Assembly (NCBI GenBank): GCA_037447605.1
Contig: CM074815.1
Span: forward strand, 2,666,001-2,730,000
Reading direction: 5' to 3'
DNA length: 64,000 bases
Source of the DNA: Zygnema circumcarinatum SAG 698-1b
Taxonomy: Eukaryota > Plantae > Zygnematophyceae
Position numbers and translations under genes: made by a program. The notes beneath the pieces were generated by a model, which was given only the letters and a program-made list of their open reading frames with translations, was not told the DNA's origin and did not search any database. Positions within the stretch are counted from its first letter, which is position 1. Each line of letters starts with the position of its first letter. Positions 40,672-54,600 of this stretch are shown piece by piece.

Positions 40672-40982
40672 TGTAGCGAGCTGAGGGAGTATGTAGTCGG
40701 AGGTGTGCTATCATAAGGACAAGTAAGTGGAGTAGTGTAAGCAAGGTGTAGTAGTGTGGCACTGCTAAATTCCTTTGTACACATTCCAATAAAATAGGAG
40801 TTTTATGCCTAGTGGGCCTTTCCTTATCCTGCTGTTCATTCTTATCTCTTGCACATATGTCTTGAGCATTCTTGTCGTGAACTACTGCATAAAAGATGTC
40901 AACGATCAGTGAAACAGGTGGAGGCGACTTGGTAGAGGGGAGATTCGCCATGTCCGAATCTCCAACAAGTGGTATCAGAGCC
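40672..40982 (+). mobile_element. LTR remnant followed by a tRNA-iMet primer-binding site
   Basis: ...CCAACA (40967) then TGGTATCAGAGCC (40970-40982). The putative TGTAGCGAG start at 40672 is less certain. Confidence 0.6.
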
Positions 40983-41036
40983 ACATCGAGTGGTATCTGA
41001 TTCACAACACTAATGTTCCGAGAATAGGTCGCGGTC

Positions 41037-41481
41037 TATAACAAACCTGCCCTCAACAGGGTTCAAACACAAGACCTCCCGATACCCACACCAGTGTTTC
41101 ACCATTAAAAGGCAACCGCGGATGTAAGTACTAGGCCATACAACCCATGTATAGTGTTTCGCTACATTCCTCCTCACCTAAACTGGGCTCGTCCTCGAGC
41201 GCACTCAAGGGTTTTTACAAGCAGCGTTCAAGCTCCTTCAACACATGAGGGGACCGTACGGTTCAGACCCTCTAGCCAACCATACCATGCTCAGAAATCA
41301 CGGTGTTTTTAGGGTGGATCACAAATACCGGGCGTTAGGCTTTGATACCAATGTAACAAACCCGCCCTCAGCAGGGTTCGAACACAAGACCTCTTGATAC
41401 CCACACCAATGTTTTACCATTAAAAGGCAATCGTGGATGTAAGTACTAGGCCATACAACCCATGTATAGCGTTTTGCTACA
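41037..41481 (-). mobile_element. TRIM (terminal-repeat retrotransposon in miniature), 445 bp
   Basis: 130-bp direct repeats at 41037-41166 and 41352-41481 (TGTAGC...TGTTACA on -). PBS TGGTATCAAAGC at ~41350-41339 and PPT GGTGAGGAGGAA adjacent to the 3' LTR. Confidence 0.9.
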
Positions 41482-41658
41482 TGATCGGTGCACTCTACTA
41501 CAACATAGGTCGGCCTCCGACTAACAATATAGGTTAGTACAAACGATGTAGGTCAATTCATTAGGAGTGTTTTACACAGTAATATATGGTTATATCAAGA
41601 TATATCTCAATGCATCGCAAAATATTGATTTAGTACAGACATTGGACTGAAAAACCGT

Positions 41659-42010
41659 ACAGTACCCCCCCTAATATTTTCCACCCAGGTACTTCTGTTA
41701 CCCAAGAAATTTGCCCTGATTTTGAGGAAACTACTTTTAGTACGGTAAGTCTGTGTTCATGTATTAGGGGTGTTAACCTAACCTGAACTATTTTTCAATA
41801 TTGTACAAATTTGTTGATCGAAACGGGTTTCAAACATGGGTCGCGCTATTCTGCTGTACAATAAGTACGGATAAAATCTCTAAATTGTACGATATATGCA
41901 CAGCACTAAAAGGAGCTCGCGACAAGCCCGCTCGGGCGGCCATCCACTTCCGTACAGAGAGGAATAGTACGGCTGCAGGCCGATCTCTAACATAATACCG
42001 CCCGCCTATT
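41659..42010 (+). mobile_element. Degenerate/truncated copy of the Tc1/mariner MITE family
   Basis: TACAGTACCCCCCCTAATATTTTCCACC start; internal similarity to 38738-39243. Confidence 0.55.
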
Positions 42011-42160
42011 GTTGACACAGACTTCCTTACATTTTCAAATTCCAAGATTTTTAGGGGAGGGAGGGGAGGGGTGGGGAGGACAAGGCAGGGGAGGGGGGGA
42101 AGGGGGGGAGGGGAGGGGAAGGGAGGGGAAGGGAGAGGATTATGGTACGACGATCAGTAG

Positions 42161-42600
42161 TTGGTCCTACCCAAGGCCGGAATTGTACGTCAACTCATTC
42201 TGAGTGAGCTACATGATCCTCCGTATAGGGGTCACATGGGTGTTGCCAAAAGCCGTGAAGCACTACTCCATGAGTTTTGGTGGCCTGGACTCACGAAGGA
42301 TGTGGAGGCCTATGTACTCGCATGTCCAACTTGTCAACGCAACAAACCACGCACTGGCAAGATTCCTGGCCAGTTGCAACCTCTCACTCCTCCATTTTGA
42401 AAGTGGGAAACTGTGGTTATGGATCTGATCACAGATCTTCGTGTGACACCTCAGGGTCATGACTCCATCTTCATGTTCGTTGACCGACTTAGTAAAATGG
42501 TGCACTTTGCACTTACTACTGAAACAGCTAGGGCCGACGAAGTTACATGGTTGTATGTTGACAAAGTGTGGAGCCAACATGAACTACAGTCAGTGATAGT
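42161..42600 (+). mobile_element. Ty3/gypsy integrase relic (H2C2 zinc finger and start of the rve core), with a premature stop
   Basis: LHD..YRGHMG...FWWPGL..DVEAYVLACPTCQRNK..GQLQPL..PF*KWETVVMDLITDL...FVDRLSKMVHF. Confidence 0.9.
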
Positions 42601-43452
42601 GGAGCACGCTAGAGGTAAGCATAGGCCTTTTGTCTCGACTGGGCCACTAGTAGGGTCTGCCGTGCCCTCGTATACATCTTCTTGTTTCCGTTGAGTTGTT
42701 CTATTGCATTCTGTGTGCTCTGTATGTCCACATCTTGTGAGTGTGATTGAGCAAGTCATTGATGATGTCTAGTTTTACCGAGGGTAGAGGAGAGGTGGCA
42801 GCACCACGGAAGGACAACGCTGCACCAACAAGAACATGGAAGCGAGAAAGGGATATGAGTTGCGAGCGACATCTGAAGTACATCACATGTAGCACTTTTG
42901 AAAGATGTCGCATTAGTCAACAAATATGCCATTTCAAAAATTTCGGGAGCAACCCGGAGGCGTCACTCTCCCAACAATACAAAAAGGCTTCAACTACCTA
43001 CTTTTCATCGGGAGGAACCCCCACTAAATTCGGCTATGTACAACTGAATTTTCTGCTCTAAAACCTACCACATTGTACTGAATGGAAAAACGTTCCACGA
43101 AAATATGGAACGATTTCTTGATCTCATTGGCTATGCTCTATACTGTCCTCTACACCGCCGTCTAGAGGTGGATGCGGATCCACGGATGTCGTCGGGGGGA
43201 CTTAGGTCCCCCTCAGGTTTTAAAAAGAAGACTGACTTGAACAATATCCCCTCGAATTTCTTAACTCACTGGCCAGCCCCCCCCCCTAAACAGTACTGTT
43301 GGATCCGACCATGCACGCGAACATGTGATTGTGCATGCGCGCATGGACCACTCCATGCAACCCACGTCTACAATTGCGCTCTACAACAACAACTTGAGCA
43401 GAGCGGAGCTTCATAGGATATGAAAAACCAATTCAAGCAAAGTCAAGTCAAA

Positions 43453-47007
<3,555 letters not shown>

Positions 47008-47827
47008 GGATCGCCTGGGGGGAAAGGGAGGAAAGGAATGGCAATGCAGGACAGATGGATACCGGCAATATGAGGCGTGGAGAACGAGGGGGAGGAAGAG
47101 GACAGGGAGAGCTCGTGAGGGAGAGAGAACGGGTAAGGGAGAGGGAGAGAGAGAGAGGGAGAGAGGGAGAGGGAGGGAGATAGGGAGAGGGAGAGGGAGG
47201 GAAAGGGAGGGAGAAGGCGGGGGAGGGATGGGAGGGATAGGAGGTAGTGGGAGGAGGGGTGAGCGGCGAGCATATAAGTGAGAGCCGGTCGCTAAAAGCA
47301 ACTTTTGGTCGCCTCACACGTGGCGCGTTGTGGGGGCGTACGGTCAGTCCGTAAATGACGCGGGCTTGTCAGTGCGCAGTTGTGTACAGTAGTGCTTATT
47401 GGAGTTGGCGTACGGCAATTCTGGAACTATGCAGGCGGCTGCGAGACGCTGATTGGTGGATGTACTGTGCGGTCGCATCTGATTGGTTGGTCAAGATTTT
47501 TTTTACATGTTGTTTTGTGCGTTTACTTTTGTATCCCTTGGCTTTTGTTCACCCTCCAATTTTCAATATCCTCCCCCCTGGATGTTTTTTTTCTGACAAA
47601 AGCATCGGCCTGCCCGAATCCGATGGAGTGGAAGATCCGTCCGCCACGAGATCGTTCGCGGTTGTCCGTCTTTTACACGTGCGGTGAATCTCAACCGTCC
47701 CCACTTGTAGACCCATGTGGGCGCCTCGTCCAAGTAATCGGAGCGCGCCATGTGGCGGTTTTTGCACTATCAGTTGGAGGCACCGCTCAGGATCTGAACG
47801 ACCCGGGCCAGGTTCGGCTTGTTGTAT

Positions 47828-48118
47828 GGGGAGTCAGACCTTGACCATCGCCTGCGAATTCAAAGATTCCCCCTGCGAAAAGGTATTGATTTCGATTGCA
47901 GAATTCGGATCGGAAACCGCGGCTTCCCCCGAACCTGTCTGTCCCGTCCGTACTTCGAAATAGGTTACAAAATGAGATACAGGCTCGGCGCCCGAGCCTG
48001 TCGAACGTCCACTTTTGGCGAAAAAGGCCTGCCGTACAACGCGGAATTGGCCCGACGGGCTCGCGGAATTGGCCCGACGGGCTCGCGGAATTGGTTTGGC
48101 GCTGGTCAAGGTCTGACT
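47828..48118. mobile_element. MITE of the GGGGAGTCAGACCTTGACCA family, right end truncated by the next insertion
   Basis: AGTCAGACCTTGACCA...TGGTCAAGGTCTGACT; same TIR as 37326-38511. Confidence 0.7.
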
Positions 48119-48119
48119 A

Positions 48120-49178
48120 CAGTAGGGGGTCCTCATATTTTCGCCATGGTTTTGGCAAACATGGGGCGAAAATCTTGATTTTGCAAATATAAGGTTCTTG
48201 TTAGCAATAGGCCGGCGGTATTATGTTAGAGTTCATGTATAATCGTACGTGTCGAACCGTTCCATATCGTACCGTATCGTACAGTTTTGAGAAATTTCGT
48301 ATCGTATCGTACCGTATCGAAGCCAAGAAGAAGGGGAGAGGAGCGAGCGCCTCTTACGGTGGCACGTGCGGGAAGATTCGGTGAGTTTTTTGCTTAAGCC
48401 CGTAACCGCTAGTACAGCAAGTACGGCAAGTACGGCTAGTACAACTAAAAAAGTACGGCTAGGACGGCTAGTACTGACAGTACGGCTAACACAGAGTTAC
48501 AAAAAAGTACAAAAAAGTAGTTTCGGCAAAATCAGGGCGAATTTCTTGGGAACGCACTGAATTATATGAAAATGATACAGCCACCCCACTTTTTGGATAT
48601 CCGCGCCCCCTTTCGGGAAAATTTGTACTTTCATCTTGGCTAATCACGCCCCCCCCTTGGATCTTTCGGGAGGAGAGATCTTGTAGACAATCGGACCCCG
48701 CGCCTCGCGCGCAGGATCCGACCGTGCACCGACGTACGGCATCGTGGCGTGGCCCGCGAGATGCGGCGAGCCTACGGAAACGTTGTCCTCACCTGACCCT
48801 TTTGGGTCAGAGGTTGCCACGTGGCAGTCTGCCATTGGACATCCCTGCTTCCGGTCCCCCATGCCGACTAGTGTGGGTCGAAGGGAGCACAGCAAAAAGA
48901 GCAAAAAGCTATCGGCATGGGGGACCGGAAGCAGGGCTGTCCAATGGCAGACTGCCACGTGGCTACCTCAATTCCAAATGGGTCAGGTGAGGACAACGTT
49001 TCCGTAGGCTCGCCGCATCTCGCGGGAAGATCTCTCCTCCCGAAAGATCCAAGGGGGGGGCGTGATAAGCCAAAACGAAAGTACAAATTTTCCCCAAAAG
49101 GGGCGCGGATATCCAAAAGTGGGGCGGCTGTATCATTTTCCGAATTATAGGGTGGAATAATGTGAGGACCCCCTACTG
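48120..49178. mobile_element. Tc1/mariner-type MITE, copy C
   Basis: TA|CAGTAGGGGGTCCTCA...TGAGGACCCCCTACTG|TA; same family as 38738-39779. Confidence 0.9.
48567..49141. mobile_element. Foldback MITE with 8-bp TSD nested in copy C
   Basis: TSD GAATTATA at 48559-48566 and 49142-49149. Arms ~48567-48868 and ~48911-49141 are largely inverted repeats. Confidence 0.85.
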
Positions 49179-50272
49179 TACTGTACAGTATAGCCTAGAA
49201 TTGTACACCGTACGGTCCTTAGCCATTGTCCCAGGTCCTTAGTAGATTCGGTCACGGCCCGAACAGACAGATAGATTCCGTCGCGTAGTGGGAATACGGA
49301 CGTCTGACTAGGACACGTGGAGAGCGGCGATAGGCCGCGCTAACACTGAAGTCTACTTGGAACTGATAAGTGTAGTTTGGACACGTGGCGCATAGCAATA
49401 GGCTGTGCGGTCATCTTTTGTATTGCTTACTGTATTGCTTTAAGCGGACCACCGTACAATATGTCCGGAGCGTACGAGACGCATGGACGTACGGACGTCC
49501 AACACAGGCGCTGGAGAGGTGCGCGCGCGATGGATGCGAAGCTTCGCGGAAGGCTGGCGTTTCCGGTACGGACACTCTCCCCTGGCCATGGCGAGCCTCA
49601 GGGTGAGCTCCAGCGCGGTGCGGGGCGAGAGCTCCGGGAAACGTGGAGCATTTCCAGTGGCATGGAGGCGTGCTGTGTGGCGGCGCGCGGCGGCGCGCGG
49701 TGGAATGTGGAGTAGTGCAGCGCTTAGTGTTAAACTAAGATTTGTTTAAGATTTGATTAACCTGAGAGTTCAACTAAATGCTTGGCTCGTGATGCTGAGT
49801 GCAGTTGCCTGGCTGTATGTGCGGCAGGAAGTAGGGGTCTATTCAGAGCAGAAGTGGAAGCCTGAGGGGTTGACGTTACTGCTTGTTTCTCTTCATACTT
49901 AATTAAGGAGTTTTGAGGCCGGTGGTGCTTTCTCCTTACTTATTCTCTTTCGGTGTTCTGCTTTTTTGAATCATCTGCTTTTCAATGTGTGCACTTGAGG
50001 GTTTTCTTGATTCAGACTTGCAAGCATGTCAGAGAGTGAGAGAGTAGTGGGAGAGACCGGGCCCAAATTGTCAACACGGCTGAGGGTCGGCTGAGGCCCG
50101 GGACGCAGGAGGAGAAGGTAAGAGGGAAGTAAGAATTTTGGAGTGGAGGTGATTCATGTGAAAATTTGAAATGAGTGGAAGAGAGAAAATAAGGGAGCTG
50201 TAGATGGGGATGAAGAGGGGGGAGGGAGGGGGGAGAGAGAGAAAGAAAAAAAAGGAGAGAGAGCGACTGAGA

Positions 50273-50395
<123 letters not shown>

Positions 50396-51623
50396 GGGGA
50401 GAGGGAGAGGGCGAGGGCGGAGGCGAGGGCGAGGGCGAGGGAGAGGGCGATGGAGAGGGAGAGGGCGAGGGCGAGGGCGAGGGAGAGGGATAATTGTGAC
50501 AAGACGTCACCACCGTACAATACTGGAATCTCTGACGTGGCTCACAATGGTCGGTCTACATGCCATACAAGCGTTTACTGTTTTACGGCGCACTGAACCG
50601 TTCGCGAACAGGACTGCATGTGCATCGCTCTCATGGAAACTCCCGCTAGCTCGCTCGGTGGGCTGAGCTGGCGCTGGCCAATGGAACCCCCGCAAGTCAA
50701 AAGTGCGAAATTCTGTTCAAAATTTAGTGAAGTCATGAGAGCATGGCCCTCGAAGCATGTTGAACAACAAGTTGCCTTTAGTTATCATTTTGCATTCTGG
50801 AGCAATGCAATGTTGTAAAACCTTAGTAACCTTAATGAAATAAGTACAAAATATGTTTCAAAAGTGCCTATGAGATAGTCGCGTCACTGCGTTAAAGAGT
50901 CAAGTCGATTTTCAGTCACCGAACACGCCGTCGTAGTCACAGTCAGTCTAGTCATACATTGGCTAACCAATCTAGTCATATGTTTGGCTAACCATCCTCA
51001 TGACATCCATACCCAACAACACCACTCATAAAAGCAGACCGACCAATTGCAGGAACGACCACGAGTCGAGACTCTTCAGGTTCCCGTTTCTGTTGCCGTT
51101 TCCGTTCCCATTTCCGTCACATGGAACCGCCCTCCAACGAGGTCCATGGTGAGCATGTCCTGCATAGAACATGGCGATTTCGTTTTAGTCATAAGCAGAG
51201 GAAGACATCTCTCTCGCTCTCTCTCTCACACTCTCTCTCACACTCTCTCTCTCTCATCCTCATGGCACCTCTTGATTCCTCTCTGTCTCTCTCACTCCCC
51301 TCTGTGGCCCACTTGACCCCTCTTTCCCTCTTTCGCCCCCTCCCTCCACCTGATGCCTCACTTCCTCTCTCTCCCTCCCCTCCATCTCTACGCTCCCCTT
51401 TCTCCCCCACATATTCCTCCATCTCTCTCTCCCTCCCCCTCTCTCCCCCCTCTCTCCCCCCTCTCTGCCTACCTCTTTCCCTCGTCCCTTCCCCTCTCCC
51501 CCTCCCTCCCACTCCCCCCCTCCCTCCCTCCCTCTCTCCCCCCACCACTCTCCTCCCACCCTCCCCTTTCATCCAACCAATCCCCCACAGGAGGCGGAGT
51601 CGGTCCAGGGCTGTGGGACTCAC

Positions 51624-54600
51624 ATCGCACGCATGTGAACTTATTGCCGGCGGTCGTCGAGTAGCCTCTCTCGCACGTACACGTGGCACCCGCTGTGCCC
51701 TTACCGGAGCAGTATCCGAACTCGCCGCACGCCCCACCCGTCTGCTTCGAGTTGCAAAATTTTGCGCATTCCGAGTCCGACTTTTGCTTTCCGAAACTGC
51801 CCGGAGTTCGGAGACAGTTTCCGGAAGCGGTCGGGAGGGGGCTCTTAGAGGATCTCTGAACGCTGGAAAAATAGTTGTTGTCAAGGCGGGCTTCCTCCAG
51901 TTCTGGAAGCTCCGCATCGCCGGAAAACGAGTTTTTGTCCAAATATCTGAAAAAGAATGNNNNNNNNNNAGGGGGGAGGGGTATGGTTTGGGTTCAGGGT
52001 TTAGGGATTTAAGTGTTTTCAGGGTTTAGGGTTTTAGGGATTTAGGGTTTTTAGGGTTGTAGGGTTTTAAGGATTTTAAGGTTATTAGGGTTATTAGGGT
52101 TGATAGGGTTTTAGGGTTATAAGGTATTGAAAGTTTCAGGGTTCTATGGCTTGGGGTTGTCAGGATTTAGGGTTTTCAAGATTTTAATGTTCTGTGGGTT
52201 TTAGGGTCCTATGGTTTAAAAGTTTTCAAGGAAGGTTGAGGATCATATATTTTCTCTTTTGGAAGCTTCAAAAAATGAAAATAACTTACAGATAGGTGAA
52301 GTAGAATCCGAAGTCTATCGGAAAAGGAATTTTTCCGACAAAATTGTTCATACTCAAATCCCTGCCCGACCCACAGGCAAGAAAATCGAATGAAAAAAAC
52401 AGGCCACTAAAAGGGAAAATTTGTGATCGAGTGGCTAGTTTGGTAGAATATTTACTGACAAGTAATAGCCCTTGAAAGCCCAAAGGGGGACAGTTCCGGT
52501 GAAGTTGTTGCACGCCAAGGCCCTGCAAAAATAGTTCGATTATTTTCAGAAATTCTCACGAGATTACGGAAAATAATTGACCCTTATGACACATATATGA
52601 ATCGAAAAATGAATTTTCTTCTTTCTCCCACCTCCTTCCCCTTCCCTCCCTCGCTCTCCATCCCTCCCTCCCTCCCTCCCTCCCCCTCTCCAAGCGGTTC
52701 TCCCCCAACCACTCTTTCTCCTTCGCGCGCCTCTCCTCCGCCCCCTCCCTCACTTTCCCTCTCTGCCTCCTTCCTACCGCCACCCTCTCTCTCTCCCACC
52801 CTCCTCCATTCCCCCTCCTCCAACCCCCCTCCTCCCCTCCCCCTCCCCCCCCTGTCTCCCTCCCTTCCCCCTCCCCTTCCCCTCTCCCGCTCCCACTCTC
52901 TCCCCCTCCCCCTCCCTCCCCCCTCACCTCCCCTTCCGCCGCTCTCTCCCCCTCCTTCCCCCCTCCTACCCTCCTCCCCATCTCTCCCTCTCTCCCTCCC
53001 TCCCCCCCTTCTCCCCTCCCCCTCCCCCCTTCTCCTCTCTCCCCCTACCTCCCGCCTCCTTCCCTCCCACTCCCCTTCCCACTCCGCGTCCCTCTCTCTC
53101 TCTCTCCCTTCCTTCCCCCTCCTCCCCTCCCCCCTATCTCTCTCCCGCCCTTCCCACTCCTCCCCTGCCACTCTCCCTCTCTCTCCCCCTCCCTGCCCCC
53201 ACCTCCCTTCCCCCTCCCCCTCTCCCTCCTCCCCTCCCCTTCCCCCCTCTCGCTCCCTCCCTCCCCCCTCCTCCCCTCCCGCTTCCCCTCTCTCTCCTTC
53301 CCTTTCCCCTCCTCCCCTTCTCCTCACCCTATCTCTTCCTCTCCCTCTCCCCTTTCTCTCTCCCTCCCTCCCCCCTCCTCCCCTCACCCCTTTCCGTGTC
53401 TCTCCCTCTCCCTTCTCCCTCCTCCCCTTCGCCTCTCCCTATTTCTCGACCTCCCTCCCCCCTTCTTCTCCCCTCCCCCACTCTCTCCCTCCCTCCCCCT
53501 TCCCCTCTCTCCCTCTCTCCCTCCCCCCTCCTCTCTTCCCCCTCTCCCTCCCCATCCCCCTCCCCCACTCTACCTCCCTTCTACCTCCTTCCTCCCCCTT
53601 TCCTCCCTCTCCCTCACGTCCTCCCCCCTCCAGTGTAGAGGTAAACGTAAGCAGAAGGAAAAATGAACAGCAACAGAAAGATCATTGACCGTTTCTCCTT
53701 ACATTGTATTTATCGGCTGAAGCTTCCGCGAACGTTCCGGAATTCCGCCGACAAAATGGTTTGTGGCTAAAATCCTGAATTCCCCCCTCGGAAAATTTCA
53801 CAAATGGGGACAGTGTACGAGCTTTCGTTGATCGTACATGAAAAAATAATAAATTTCAAGCACGAAAAAAAAAAAAAAAAGAAGGGCTCTCACAGGTAGC
53901 TCAAAGTTGGAAGATTGACGATTTCCGGAGGAACAGAACCACTGAGCTCGTTACAACTTAATTCCCTGAAAAAAAAAACGTATCAACAACAAAGGGTTTT
54001 AGAAAATTAGAATAGTCAGGGTTACAAAATGGTCTGCTTTCAGGGTCAGATTTCTCAGGATGACAAAATTTCTTGATTTCCAGATTTTAATTCATAAAAT
54101 TTTAGGGTTTCTACAGTTGCAGGCCAATGCATGCCATTGAGACTTTTTTGGGAAAGAAAAAAAAAATCTCTTTGGCAACCATGCTCAATTTCTACCGCCA
54201 CCCTCTCTCTCTCTCACCCTCCTCCCTTCCCCCCTCCTCCCCTCCCCCTCGCCCTCCCACTCTCCCTCCCTTTCCCATCCTCCCCTTTCCCTCTCCCTCT
54301 CCCTCTCTCCCCCCCTCGCCCTCCCTCCTACCTCCTTCTCCCCTCCCCCTCTCCCTCTCTCTTCCCCTCCCTCCCCCCTCCTATCCTCCCCCTCCCCTTC
54401 TCTCTCTCCCTCCCTTCCCCCCCCTTCTCCCCTCCCCCTCCCCAACTCTCTCTCCCTCCCTTTTCCCTACTCCCCTTACCCAGTCCCACTTTCTTCCCCT
54501 CCCTCCAGACAGAATCTGGAAATTTCAGATTGAAACCTTTTGGATAGATTTTGAAACTTACATATCTTGCAATTTAGAAAGCGATCCGAGACTAGCGGGC

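Larger units (their letters stand above)
47820..50076. mobile_element. Solo LTR (TGTTG...CAACA) with 5-bp TSD, carrying nested MITEs
   Basis: On the - strand AGCCG|TGTTGACA...ATACAACA|AGCCG. The TSD lies at 50077-50081 and 47815-47819. Confidence 0.8.
47700..50230 (-). pseudogene. Degenerate copy of carboxylesterase exon 8 plus upstream intron, split by an LTR insertion
   Basis: 50230-50077 matches the intron 7/exon 8 start at 44300-44170. 47819-47700 continues PNLARVVQILS GASN**CKNRHMARSDYLDEAPTWVYKWG with two stops. Confidence 0.85.

Noticed and set aside
41037-41481. Cassandra-type TRIM carrying 5S rRNA
   Set aside because: No 5S A/C-box similarity recognised in the 130-bp LTRs.
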